64,000 nucleotides of DNA from Octopus sinensis (lineage: Eukaryota): the NCBI RefSeq assembly GCF_006345805.1, contig NC_043002.1, positions 23,312,001-23,376,000 on the forward strand. The letters run 5' to 3'. The notes beneath the pieces were generated by a model that was not told the DNA's origin, did not search any database, and worked only from the letters and a program-made list of their open reading frames with translations. Position 1 is the first letter of the stretch. Each line of letters starts with the position of its first letter. Positions 40,595 to 53,342 of this stretch are shown here, in pieces. The position numbers and the translations under genes are program-made.

Positions 40595-40976
40595 GTTAGA
40601 GTTCAGTTTTGCGAATATATCACAATATCATTCATAAGTACACCATTATGTTGGGAAGTACTCCTGTGAAACTGGAGAAGGTAACAGAAAGCTTATTACA
40701 GTGTATTCCACTTTCGATTGTAGTAGAGTGTTAGTGAGAGTAGTTTGTAAATGAACCAGATAAAGGAGTACTTAATGCACCACACTGTACTTACTCATTC
40801 ATTCAGAGGAAACTGAGTCATTATACTGACACTAGTCCGAGTTTTTAACGTCTAACTCAGAGTTGTGATAGCATAGAGCTTTACCCTACATTAAAAGAAT
40901 TATTGCCTCAGCACGTGTATATGCATGTATGTATATATATATATACAAACCAACTTCTTATCTATATATATATATA

Positions 40977-41016
<40 letters not shown>

Positions 41017-41020
<4 letters not shown>

Positions 41021-41139
41021 CGTGATCACCGTGACCGACCAGGCTATCAGATGTTGCTACACATCGCTGGTCACAATGCGCTTCGCATTGTTTTAGCCTT
41101 CAAATTGACACCGCCCCGCTGGCTGAGCGAACAGGCCAA
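41017..41139 (-). mobile_element. Tail type ii only of SINE family C, in (TA)n
   Basis: Matches 53919-54040 (TCAC.GTGATCAC.GTGACCGACCAGGC.ATCAGATGTTG). Confidence 0.85.
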
Positions 41140-41203
41140 TATGTGTGTGTGTGCGTGTGTGTGTGTGTGTGTGTGCGTGTGTGTGTTTGTATTTATAGAT
41201 AGG

Positions 41204-41241
<38 letters not shown>

Positions 41242-41389
41242 TAGATACATAGATACATACATACATACATACATACATACATACATACATTAATACATAC
41301 TTACTTACTTACATACATACATACATACTATACATATATATATAATATAATATATTATATATATATATATATAATATATATATATATAT

Positions 41390-41440
<51 letters not shown>

Positions 41441-42216
41441 TATATATATTGTTAAACTTGCTTTGTATAAAACAATTCGACATTGATAGTTCTAGACTTG
41501 TCCCGATATACATGTATATAGATAGAGATTTATATTTATGTATATGTCTGTGTGTGTCTGTGTGTGCGTATGTATGTATATACATACATATATGTTTATA
41601 AATATATATATTTATATATACATGTATACATAGTACATGTATTTTTGCATGTATGTGTATATATATATATGGAAGTGTTTCTTTGTGTGTATATATATAT
41701 GTGTGTGTGCGTATACATATATACACACACACACACACATGATGTATATACGCACGTGTTAGCATATATACACGTGTGCGTGGGTGTGTATACGTATTTA
41801 TACCAAGATAAGTACTTCACCGCATGCATACACAAATGCAAACATACATACATACATACATACATACATACATACATACATACATACATACATACAAACA
41901 CAGAGTTGGCGGATGTGGAAACGGGGGTTTGCAGACTGGGTAGCCGGGTGGATAGATTAGGTGAACAGGCTGATCAATCAATAGCTTGATAGATATTTCT
42001 ATAAACAGCAATTTCATTCATGCTTAAAGTTCATTCACATTTCACTAAACGCGACTACTCCGTTTTACACTATTTTATTCATGCATCACTCTCTTTTCTT
42101 CACACTCCTTCTCTCTCTCAATCTCACACGCACATACACACCATTAGTGGTTACGCACGGGAGAGTACAGGTGAGTTCTAATTCTGGATGATCTTATGAT
42201 ATATATATAGGATATG

Positions 42217-42247
<31 letters not shown>

Positions 42248-42302
42248 GTTAGACATGGCCTGGACCAATCTTTGGTCGAAACATATCTAAGTTTATCTAA
42301 GT

Positions 42303-42336
<34 letters not shown>

Positions 42337-42354
42337 ATATATAGCCTATATATA

Positions 42355-42460
42355 TACGACAGGCATCTTTCAGTTTCCGCCTACAAATCCACTCACAAGG
42401 CTTTGGTCAGCCCGAGGTCATATTAGAAGACGCTTGCCCAAGGTGCCACGCAGTGAGACT
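42355..42460 (-). mobile_element. Core fragment of SINE family A
   Basis: CTTTCAGTTTCCGCCTACAAATCCACTCACAAGGCTTTGG...CTTGCCCAAGGTGCCACGCAGTG. Confidence 0.85.
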
Positions 42461-42493
42461 ACACATACATACATATATGCATACATACATACG

Positions 42494-42580
<87 letters not shown>

Positions 42581-42646
42581 CCGCGTGTATATCGTTGGCG
42601 ATTTTCTTTCTCCGTCTTCCCTTCCTTGGACCTTTCCTTTTTCTAT

Positions 42647-42681
42647 GTTTCTGACGAAGACCTCCGCTCGAAACGTTAAAT
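42647..42681 (+). ncRNA. Minimal type I hammerhead motif in a Penelope-like terminal repeat (~42580-42785)
   Basis: GTTT-CTGACGA-A-GACC.TCC.GCTC-GAAAC-GT-T-AAAT: intact core, stem I of 3-4 bp, one mismatch in stem II, loopless palindromic stem III. Confidence 0.55.
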
Positions 42682-42799
42682 CCTCTTTCTTTCTTTCTTT
42701 CCTGTCCTGAGCGTCCAATAACACTATACTTGTTCCACGTTCTCGCGTTGTTGTGTTTTCACTTTGTTCATGTTGGATTAACCATATATATATATATAA

Positions 42800-42874
<75 letters not shown>

Positions 42875-42921
42875 TATATACGTACATACATACATAAGTA
42901 CGTCCATATATACATACATGT

Positions 42922-42954
<33 letters not shown>

Positions 42955-43131
42955 GTGGTGTTTGCGAGTGTATGGTGTTGGGATTTGTACATTGTCGGAT
43001 AAACGTTTATGCTTATATATCTTGACTCTCAGACTTCTTACAGTTCTTTAGTCTAAGTGGCCTAACATTTCCTTTGAGTCTGTTACCGGTGTGTATGTGG
43101 TATACATATATATATATATATATATATATAT

Positions 43132-43166
<35 letters not shown>

Positions 43167-43252
43167 TTATATATATATATATATATATTATATATATTAC
43201 ACACATACACACACACGCACACACATACAGATAGATTGATAGATAGATAGAC

Positions 43253-43357
<105 letters not shown>

Positions 43358-43989
43358 TGCATGTAGGTAGGTAGGTACGGAGAGATACTGAAAAAAAACG
43401 ATCTGTTTGTCTCGCCTAATATGTGTGCTCGTGTATTTGCGTGTATGCATGTATTTATGTATGTACGTATGTATGTATGCATGTACGTGTGTCTGTCTGT
43501 TTGTCTGTGAGTTTATGCATGCGTAAGTGCGAAGTGTAAGAGAGATGGAGATGGTAAAAGAAAGAGCGGTGGGTTTAGAAGAGAAAGTAGAAGTCTTATG
43601 TGTGTGACTGAATTCTTTGCCTAAAGTCTGTTTTCTTTTACGTGCACAGCCAGGTAAATAGCAGAATTGGTAGCGCACCGCGCAAAAATATCTTGTAATA
43701 TTTAACTTGTAATATTTCACGTATCACGTTCGAATCTCGTTGAAACCAACTTTTTCCATTTATATGAAGGGTCCTTAAAATAAGGTAACAGTCATGTCTG
43801 GTATAATTGATGGATTCCTTCCCCAAAATTCTTTGTAGTTGTGTAGGGGCTGCTGTTGCCGTAACTGCAGTACTACAACAGTAGCCTTGACACTATTAGA
43901 ACTTCTATAACCACGCTATTGCTGTTTCGGTTATTCTAATACAGCAACTGCCTTTATTTCACCGAAATAACAATTACAAACTCTTGCCT

Positions 43990-44169
43990 ATACTATAGTA
44001 CAAGCAATACTACCACCTTACATTTGCAGCTACCAACAACAATACTACTACCGCTACCACACCACTCCAACAACTACCACAACACTATTCCGGCCCACAC
44101 ACCAATTCAACATCTATCACAACACTACTACTACTACTACTACTACTACCACACAACTACTATTACTAC

Positions 44170-44215
<46 letters not shown>

Positions 44216-47030
44216 GTTACAACTATTACTATTGCAACTACTGCTACTTCAACTATTACTACTATCAGCACCAGTACAACACCACTTCAACAACTACCAC
44301 CTACGCTACAGCTTCCGTCGCATCACTTCCACAAATACTACAGCAATACTATAACCGCCACAACACCACTTCGATAACTACCACAACACTACAACTTCAT
44401 TTACATCACTACCACAACCTATACAGCAACTCTACGCCCTTATTACTGCCGTCACAACACCACTTCAGCTGCTACCATAACATTAGATCTTCCATCGCAT
44501 CCTTCGGCAAACTGTACTACAACCGCCACAACACCATTTCGATAACCACCTACACAATACTACAATCTTTACCATATTACAACTACCACTATGCTACTAC
44601 AGCAACAACTACCACCAAACCACTATAGCCTCCACCTCACTACTACAGCTACTGCTACATCACTGCATCAACAACTAGCACCATGCCACTATAGCCTACA
44701 CTACAGCAATAGGTACCACCAAATTATACCATTACAGCAACAATAATCACCATTCAACTATAGCCTCTACTACATCACGACGCTACTACAACAATAACTA
44801 TCTCTCTACCACTACAGCCTCTACTATACCACTATAAACGACACTCACTACACACCACAGCAACATCTACTACACTGCAACAGCAACAACAATTACCACA
44901 TAGTACTAGTACCGCTAGTACACCACTACAGACGACAACCACCACAAACCACTACAACCTCTACTTCACTGCAACAGAAGCAACAACAACCTCATACAAC
45001 TAGAACCGCTGCTACATCACTACAAACAGCAACTACAACACACCACTACAACCTCTACTGCACTGCAACAGCAACAACAACAACTGCATACAACTACAAA
45101 CGCTGCTACACCACTACAAACAACAACCAGAACATACAACTACAACCGCTACTATTCCACCACAGACAACAACAACTACAAGCCACTGCAACCTCTACTG
45201 CTCTGCCACGACAACAACAACAACCACATACTACTACAACCGCTACTACACCACTACAAAGGACAACAACCACACACCGCTGCAACCGCTACTCCACTGC
45301 AACAACAACAACAACATGCAACTACAACCTCTACTACAGCACTACAAATGACAACCACCGCAAACCACTACAACCTCTACTACACTACAACAGAAGCAAC
45401 AATCACCACATACTACTACAACCACTACTACTCCACCGCAGACAACAACCACCACAAACCACTACAACCTCTACTTCACTGCAACAGAAGCAACAACAAC
45501 CACATACAACTAGAACCGCTGCTACATCACTACAAACAGCAACTACAACACACCACTGCAACCTCTACTGCACTGCAACAACAACAACCACTACAAACAA
45601 CAACCACTACATACAACTACAACCGCTACTACTCCATCACAGACAAAAACCACCACAAACCACTGTAACCTCTATTGCTCTGCCACAACAACAGCCACCA
45701 CATACTACTACAACCGCTACTACACCACTACAAAGGACAACAACCATACACCGCTACTCTGCTGCAACAACAACAACAACCTCATGCTACTACAGCACAA
45801 CAAACGACAACCACCGCAAACCACTACAACCTCTACTTTACAGCAACAGAAGCAACAACCATCACAAACGACTACAACCGCTACTGCTCCACCACAGACA
45901 ACAACCGCCACACAGCACTGCAACCTCTGCAACAGCAACAACAACTACCACATACTACTACAACCGCTACTACACCATTACAAACGACAACAACCACAAA
46001 CCACTACAACCTCTACTACATTACAACACAAGCAACAACCAGCACATGCGACTACAACCGCTACTACTCCATCACAGACAACAACCACCACAAAGCACTG
46101 CAACCTTTACTGCACTGCAACAGCAACAACAACCACCACATACTACTACAACTGCTACTACCCCATTACAAACGACAAAAAAACACAAATCACTACAACT
46201 TGTACTCCACTGCAACAGAAGCAACAACAACCACATACAACTTCATCTTCTACTACAGCACTATAACCATATACCGTCAAGATATATGACAGCATACACT
46301 AAAGCAGTGTCGACTGCACTACCATTTCATATAGCACTACATCACATTACATCACCACCACCACCACAACAACAACAACAACCAGAACATCTCTAGAGAC
46401 AACTATCAAGCCACCACACAAAGGAACCTTTATGCAGTCGCTTGATCTGCTAGAAATAGCTGTCAGATTGCTTCAAATCACACCCTACTGTCCTAAACAG
46501 GAAGGTCACTTTAGATAAAGTAGTTCTAAATACATAAAAAAAATAGACGGGGCTGGCAAGGCATGGTTGTCTTTGATCATAGGTCTTGTTTAACAGGGTG
46601 GCCTAGGAACAAACAACAACCATACTAGTACTACTACTGCACCTCTTGCTCCTACTACTACTACCACCACCACCACTACTACCACTACTGCTGTTAATAC
46701 TATTGCTATTACTGCTACTTGTACTTCTGCTACTACTTCTCTGCTACAACTTATACGATACTCCAAGAGCCACTACAGCACTGAAATAACCACCAACAAC
46801 AACACTACATCCTAAACCGTACCACATCAACACTACTACAATCTCTGCTACAACTACTATTAGACCACCGTAGCAATGAACTTCACCACTTTACTAATAA
46901 CCACCACCACTTGACCACTATACGCTACACCACCCCACTACAATCAATATTACGTCCTGCACCACTACGTACACTATATCACCGCTACATGCTATCACGA
47001 TACCACCCTGATTACCACTGTATACTGACC
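43990..47030. repeat. Degenerate ACA/CTA-rich minisatellite region
   Basis: Recurrent ACTACAACC(G/T)CTACT and CACTGCAACAG(A/C)A motifs; a ~150-bp block is duplicated at ~44930 and ~45440. Confidence 0.85.
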
Positions 47031-47756
47031 CGAAGTGCAAACATTACAAACAGCAACGTTTGGAACATGAGACTCTTTTCTTTATTTTTTTCTTTGCCAC
47101 ATGGTAGTTTGTTTTGTTTGTTTGATTTTTCCCTTTAATCGGGAGGGAAAACAATGACCTTGATCATTTGCAGTTGAGTGGGAGTGAGAGAGAAGGGAGG
47201 AGCTTATCTTCAAACAGGAGACTCTTGGAAAAAAAATAGTCCGCTAAAAGCACCCAAAGTGCTTACTAGTCGGCGGCGTTAAATCGGGTGATCTGTTAAG
47301 TCTAACAACCCATGTAGGCTAGGGCCAGATTTGAACTCTGAATGCAATGAACCGGAACAAATGCCGCAATGAATCCGCCCTGGTTCTCTTACAGTTTCGC
47401 CAATCCAAACCGCAGGGTTTAATTATTGTCTAATAGAGTCCCGAAAGGGTTAAAGGAAAGGTTGACCTCAGTGGTATTTCAACGCAAGAACTGCAAGGTT
47501 TTCTACTATCCTACCCAACACTCCAATATCTCTGTCAGTTCATCGTCTTTGCTTATATAAACGTCTGATGTCATTTATATAACAGTCTTAGCAGCTACTT
47601 TATATATCTATATAAACGCTCGGTTCAAAACATAGTTCAGGGTTCGCTTCTATTTTCCGCGTGGACAGCTTGAGCATGTACCCACGACTGTTGGGGCCAG
47701 TGTTGACTAATGCCATGTAAATAGTATTTGGTAGATGTATTGTGCAGAAACCCGTC

Positions 47757-47804
<48 letters not shown>

Positions 47805-47858
47805 GCACAATACATCTACCAAATATAGTATTTGGTAGATGTATTGTGCAGAAACCCG

Positions 47859-47894
<36 letters not shown>

Positions 47895-47897
<3 letters not shown>

Positions 47898-48240
47898 CAA
47901 CAATTGAGGGTAAAATTAATTAATTATTAATCAATTTCACCAAGTATTCAGTATGTAAAGGGACCATTATAGGCGAATTCAAAATATTACATTATATATA
48001 AGGGCTTAGTAAAATAAATTACTTTGCCACATACTGAACTCATTAGAAATAGCAGCTAAAGAAATTTCTTCAGCTATTTCTAATACTTAAAGAAGATCTC
48101 TCTCAGATAGTGTTTGCCTAAACTAACTCACAAAAGTATGGGGGAAAAACATTAAAAAATCAAGTGCAAAGGTTATTTGAGAACGTACGTTTCTAGATTA
48201 GTCAATTCGACATTTCTTTCTTCAGCTCAGAATTCCTTGA
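47895..48240 (-). mobile_element. Diverged, truncated relative of the 48820-49449 hammerhead element
   Basis: Reverse complement shares AGAAATAGCT...CTGCTATTTCTA...TTC.GTATGTGG and TACTTGGTG.AATTGAT...AATTAATT.T.ACCCT with 49265-49435, and carries a hammerhead motif. Confidence 0.7.
48178..48229 (-). ncRNA. Type I hammerhead motif, partly decayed
   Basis: Minus strand TGAG-CTGAAGA-(stem II AGAAATGTC/GACTAATCT, mismatched)-GAAAC-GTAC-GT-T-CTCA; 4-bp stem I, palindromic stem III. Confidence 0.55.
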
Positions 48241-48320
48241 ATCGGATATGCACACACACACATACACAAATATTTATTTATTTATATATATATATATGCA
48301 CACACACACACACACAAATA

Positions 48321-48370
<50 letters not shown>

Positions 48371-48376
48371 CGCACG

Positions 48377-48700
48377 TGGTGTGGACTGTGTGGTTAAGAA
48401 ACTCATTTTGCAACCATGTGGTTTCAAGTTCGGTCCCACTGCGCTGTACCATGGGCAAAGTATCTTATTGTATAACTGGCTGACCAATGCTTTCTGAGTG
48501 AATTTAGTAGACGGAAACTGAGTGGAATCTCATCGTGTGTGTGGTGTGTGTGTGTGTGTGTGTGTGTGTGTCACAACCTCTTGACAATCGGTGTTGGTTT
48601 GTTTACAACTCCGTAAATTAGCGATTCAGCAAAAGAAACCGATATAATAAGTACTGATGTAGTACAGCAGTATGGCTACAGTCCAATAACTAAAACAAGC
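48377..48700 (+). mobile_element. Old diverged SINE family A
   Basis: GGACTGTGTGGTTAAG...CCCACTGCG...GTAGACGGAAACTGA...CTTGACAATCGGTGTTGG. Confidence 0.75.
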
Positions 48701-49449
<749 letters not shown>

Positions 49450-49689
49450 GATAGATAGATAGATAATCTCCGTCGACGATTAGAAACAGACGTTCGACGA
49501 AATAAATCAACAAGTAACTAAATCAGCGCACAAGTCGCTCGACATTCTACAGAAATGTACTTTTAAAGCAATCCTCAAGCAGATTCAGCGTGATAAGAGT
49601 ATGTGACTTGGCGAAATGAACTTGTCAACCTCTCTACCTTCACATACATATATATTATATGTTCTCTTCTGATTTTAATCATTCAAACA

Positions 49690-49920
49690 CTTCCTCTCAC
49701 GAAGGAGCTGGTTTCTAACAAGATATAAAGCTTCATCACTGGAATGTAAATAACGAGAACAATGTCACATGTTAAGCTTAAGTCTTGCATACTTTTATTG
49801 TTTCACCTTTAGATTGTATTTGCAATGAATGAGTTAGTTTGGTTGTTTGTTTTTTTTTGTTCCTGAAAATCCAGCCTTATCCACGCTGCCAGCTAGGTAT
49901 TTACTCATAAAATTTGTGAT
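49690..49920 (-). mobile_element. Decayed 3' end of R4/Dong-like LINE
   Basis: Minus-strand remnants DKAGFSG, HSLQIQS and IKVCKT, plus the conserved 3' UTR hairpin. Confidence 0.55.
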
Positions 49921-49967
49921 CTGAATATGTATATATGCATGTTTGTATGTCCGTATGTATATGTATA

Positions 49968-50280
49968 GTGGAGGTGCAATGGCCCAGTGGTTAGGACAGC
50001 GGACTCGCGGTCGGAGGATCGCGGTTTCGAGTCCCAGACCGAGCGTTGAGTGTGTTTATTGAGCGAAAACACCTACAAAAAGCTCCACGAGGCTCCGGCA
50101 GGTGGATGGGGACCATCCTGTTGTACTCTTTCGCCACAACTTTCTCTCACTCTCTCTTCCTGTTTCTTGAGTAACGCTGCGATGGACTGGCGTCCCATCC
50201 AGCTGGGGGGAACACATACGCCACAGAAACCGGGAAACCGGGCCCATGAGCCTGGCTAGGCTTGAAAAGGGCGGCGTTTT
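49968..50280 (+). mobile_element. Full-length SINE family C (tail i) with 15-bp TSD
   Basis: Head GTGGAGGTGCAATGGCCCAGTGGTTAGG...GGTTTCGAGTCCC; TSD CGTATGTATATGTAT at 49952-49966 and 50289-50303. Confidence 0.92.
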
Positions 50281-50661
50281 ATCGTTTACGTATGTATATG
50301 TATGCTTGGGATCATGGCGTTCCCACATTCCTGAGCCTGTGAGCCATATCGGCTCTGAATGTCTCGCCCTGGTTTATCTTTGGATCATGTCAATAGGGTG
50401 GAAAGGATCTGTTTGTTAGGTGTTGTGCAAGCCCTATTAGACCTAAAAATTTTACGTTGTGCAATCGCCGGTGGGGCGACTTTCCGATGACCGACCAAGA
50501 AGGCGCTGCGGCGAGCATGGACGCCGAGGGCGCGAACGCAAATGAAGCCCACCGTAGTTGCAATAACTTTAAGCACAAGCATTGCTGACCTTCTGCTTGG
50601 GAAATAGTCAGTGATTATCTTCCTCGGTCACGAGTGAACAGCCATCATGTATGTATGTATG

Positions 50662-50692
<31 letters not shown>

Positions 50693-50865
50693 TGTATGTA
50701 TGTATGTAATGTATGTATGTATGTATGTATGTATGTATGTATGTATGTTGTATGTATGTATGTACGTATGTATGTATGTACGTATGTATGTATGTATGTA
50801 TGTATGTATGTATGTATGTATGTATGTATGTATATATGTATGTATATGTGTATGTATGTATGCAT

Positions 50866-51466
50866 GTGTCTCTTCAATTTTTGAATTATTATAAATCTCC
50901 CACTGAGGAGGGAGCCAGTTTCCAACAAAGATACAAGGCTCCATCTTTGGGATGTAGTTAACTCAGGCAAATTCACATTTGGAACTTGAGAAACATCTTG
51001 CATATTTTTATTATTCCACTCACAGATTGGACTTGTAATGTACGAATCAGCCGGTCAATTTCTCTTCCTGAAAATCCCAGTTTATCCAGATTATCATTTA
51101 AGCATTTACTAACAAAGCCTAGTGCTCCAATTATTATTGGTATGAATATGAATTCATAGTCTGGATATAGAAGCTGGAGGTTTCGAAGCAGTTGTCCATA
51201 GATATCCTCTTTTTCTTTGATTTTCAAAGAGATTTTTACATCTGCAGGGCAGCTAACCTCTATGATGGTACATATCTTTTCCCTTCTGTCCTAAACAACA
51301 GTATCCGGTCTGTTATGCTTACATTTGAAAGGACTTTTGATGGGAATATTCCACCAGTATTCCTTGAATGTATTCCATGACAGAGGGATTTTCTAAGTTT
51401 ATTTCAGGACAATCTTTTTTTGCGAATGGCATTGTAAATTGTTTTAGCAACATCATCGTGCCGCAT
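50866..51466 (-). mobile_element. 5'-truncated R4/Dong-type non-LTR retrotransposon (restriction-like endonuclease domain plus 3' UTR)
   Basis: Minus strand RHDDVAKTIYNAIRKK...KCKHNRPDTVV*DRREKICTIIEVSCPADV...KEKEDIYGQLLRNLQLLYPDYEFIFIPIIIGALG...ISVSG-like end KICKMFLKFQM*; (TATG)n on both sides. Confidence 0.85.
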
Positions 51467-51689
51467 ATGTATGTATGTACGTATGTACGTATGTACGTAT
51501 GTACGTATGTATGTATGTATGTATGTATGTATGTATGTATGTATGTATGTATGTATGTATGTATGTATGTATGTACGTATGTACGTATGTATGTATGTAT
51601 CTATGTATCTATGTATGTATATAATCATATATGTATTTATGTGTGTATGTAAATATGAATTTATGTTTATGATGTATATATGAGTGTAT

Positions 51690-52285
51690 GACTTCTTTTT
51701 CTCTTTATAATTTAGAGTTAATTTTGACTGGTTATCTACTTGGTAGCAAGGTTGTTAAAAAAAGCCTCCTGTTTTGTTCATCATTCTTTAACTTATAAGA
51801 AGGCCTTGCAAATTTTTATAGTCCCAGATATTGTAATCATTTTTTAGTGTATGAATTAAGGAGTTGCATTCTCTCCCTAAGAATCCAAATTCAACCATAC
51901 TTTATTCTAGACGGGTTGGTACATAAACCATCGCTCCAATAATAATGAGTATAAAGCTGAGAGTGTATCTTGGGTACTCCTTATCAGTGAACCGTAGATG
52001 TCCTCTTTCTCCTGTTTTTTTCTTACCACATTGATGTTTAGAGGGCAACTGATATCCACAACAGAGCAAATTTTTTCTTATGATCGCACACAAAGTATCC
52101 AGCCGGTTGTATTTTAACTTGGAACTTAATTTTTAAGCTCTACCAATATTTTTTTTGACTCATCGGTCTCAATACAGTCAATTTTGTCTGTTGGTGATTT
52201 CTTATTTGCTTATCCTGTTCCAGACTGTTCTTGCCACCGTATCATGTTTCATAGGAAGATAAATATCTGGAAGTCATACTCACGT
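51690..52285 (-). mobile_element. Second, more decayed R4/Dong-type 3' fragment
   Basis: Minus strand PMKHDTVARTVWN...ICSVVDISCPLNINVVRKKQEKEDIYGSLIR..YPRYTLSFILIIIGAM...ISGTIKICKAFL. Confidence 0.8.
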
Positions 52286-52361
52286 TCTATATTTTAGAGC
52301 TGAGGAATTCTATATATTATTTACATTGCATGGATCTGTGTCCTCATCTTGTTTGTTGTTA

Positions 52362-52404
52362 CCACAACGTTTCGGCTGATTTACTCTCCAGCCTTCATCA
52401 GGTG
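52362..52404 (-). ncRNA. Minimal type I hammerhead motif in a Penelope-like repeat (~52290-52500)
   Basis: Minus strand CAC-CTGATGA-A-GGCTG(GAGAGTAAAT)CAGCC-GAAAC-GT-T-GTG: intact core, 5-bp stem II, 3-bp stem I, palindromic AACGTT stem III. Confidence 0.7.
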
Positions 52405-52991
52405 TCCTGGTAGAATTTTGAACCCAACCCTGGGTAAATAACATCAGCAAAAAATACCTTAGGAATGAGAACCCAGAGTTTGAAGCCCTAAAACAGAAGA
52501 TTGGGTGTTTTTACTATGTTGGGCTTCCAGACTTCTTCCATGTTTTCTTTCTTATTTCCTCTTCCTTTTGTTTATTTTGGATGATTTTGTATTAACTCTG
52601 ATGAAGCTCTGTGTTTTAGTTCGAATGTCCTATGAAGATGAAGAATGTCATTTTCGAAATTCTTTGTAGGCACTGAATTGGCATCGGAAGCAGAAACGGC
52701 CGTAAGAATTGTTATGTCACATATATATTATGTCATGTTTTATATTAAATAATAAGTATTAGATATGGTCCAATTGTTTTGTTTGTTGACCTGAGTTCTT
52801 CTCCATTTTCTGATTATTTATATTTGATTCATGATAAACTTTTGTTTACTCTATTGTCACATGTACTCTAAGAGCATAGTGTACCTGCATATCCATGCCT
52901 GAGATTGACATGGTAACTGATACCGATAGTATATACGGATATTTTATCCGTTAGTCGGTTATCATAACCACTAACTCTGTTTACCCTTATA

Positions 52992-53049
<58 letters not shown>

Positions 53050-53050
<1 letters not shown>

Positions 53051-53197
53051 CGACGGGCTTCTTTCAGTTTCCGTAATAAGGCTTTGGTTGGCCGAAGTTA
53101 TATTAGAAGACACCTACCCAAGGTGCCACGCAGTGCGACTGAACCTGGAATCATATGATTGGAAAGCAAGCTTCTTAACACACAACCGTGCCTGCGC
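53050..53197 (-). mobile_element. SINE family A, 5' part
   Basis: Reverse complement of head GGCGCAGGCACGGTTGTGTG...CACTGCGTGGCACCTTGGG. Confidence 0.85.
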
Positions 53198-53198
53198 C

Positions 53199-53255
<57 letters not shown>

Positions 53256-53342
53256 GGAAACAGAAGAAAGTGGAGAAATAATGAATGTATGATTTATTTG
53301 TGTAATAAATTATGAATAATTGTTTTAAAAGACATAACAGTA

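Noticed and set aside
40607-40680. Plus-strand 74-bp exon LRIYHNIIHKYTIMLGSTPVKLEK with an AAG|GTAACA donor
   Set aside because: The acceptor has no polypyrimidine tract and the product is not recognised.
49968-50045. SINE heads as tRNA genes (also families A and B)
   Set aside because: A and B boxes are present, but there is no complete cloverleaf or acceptor stem, and each runs into a SINE body with TSDs.
50904-50950. Plus-strand hammerhead starting CTGAGGA
   Set aside because: No GAAA after the helix; the hairpin is better explained as the LINE 3' UTR stem-loop on the minus strand.
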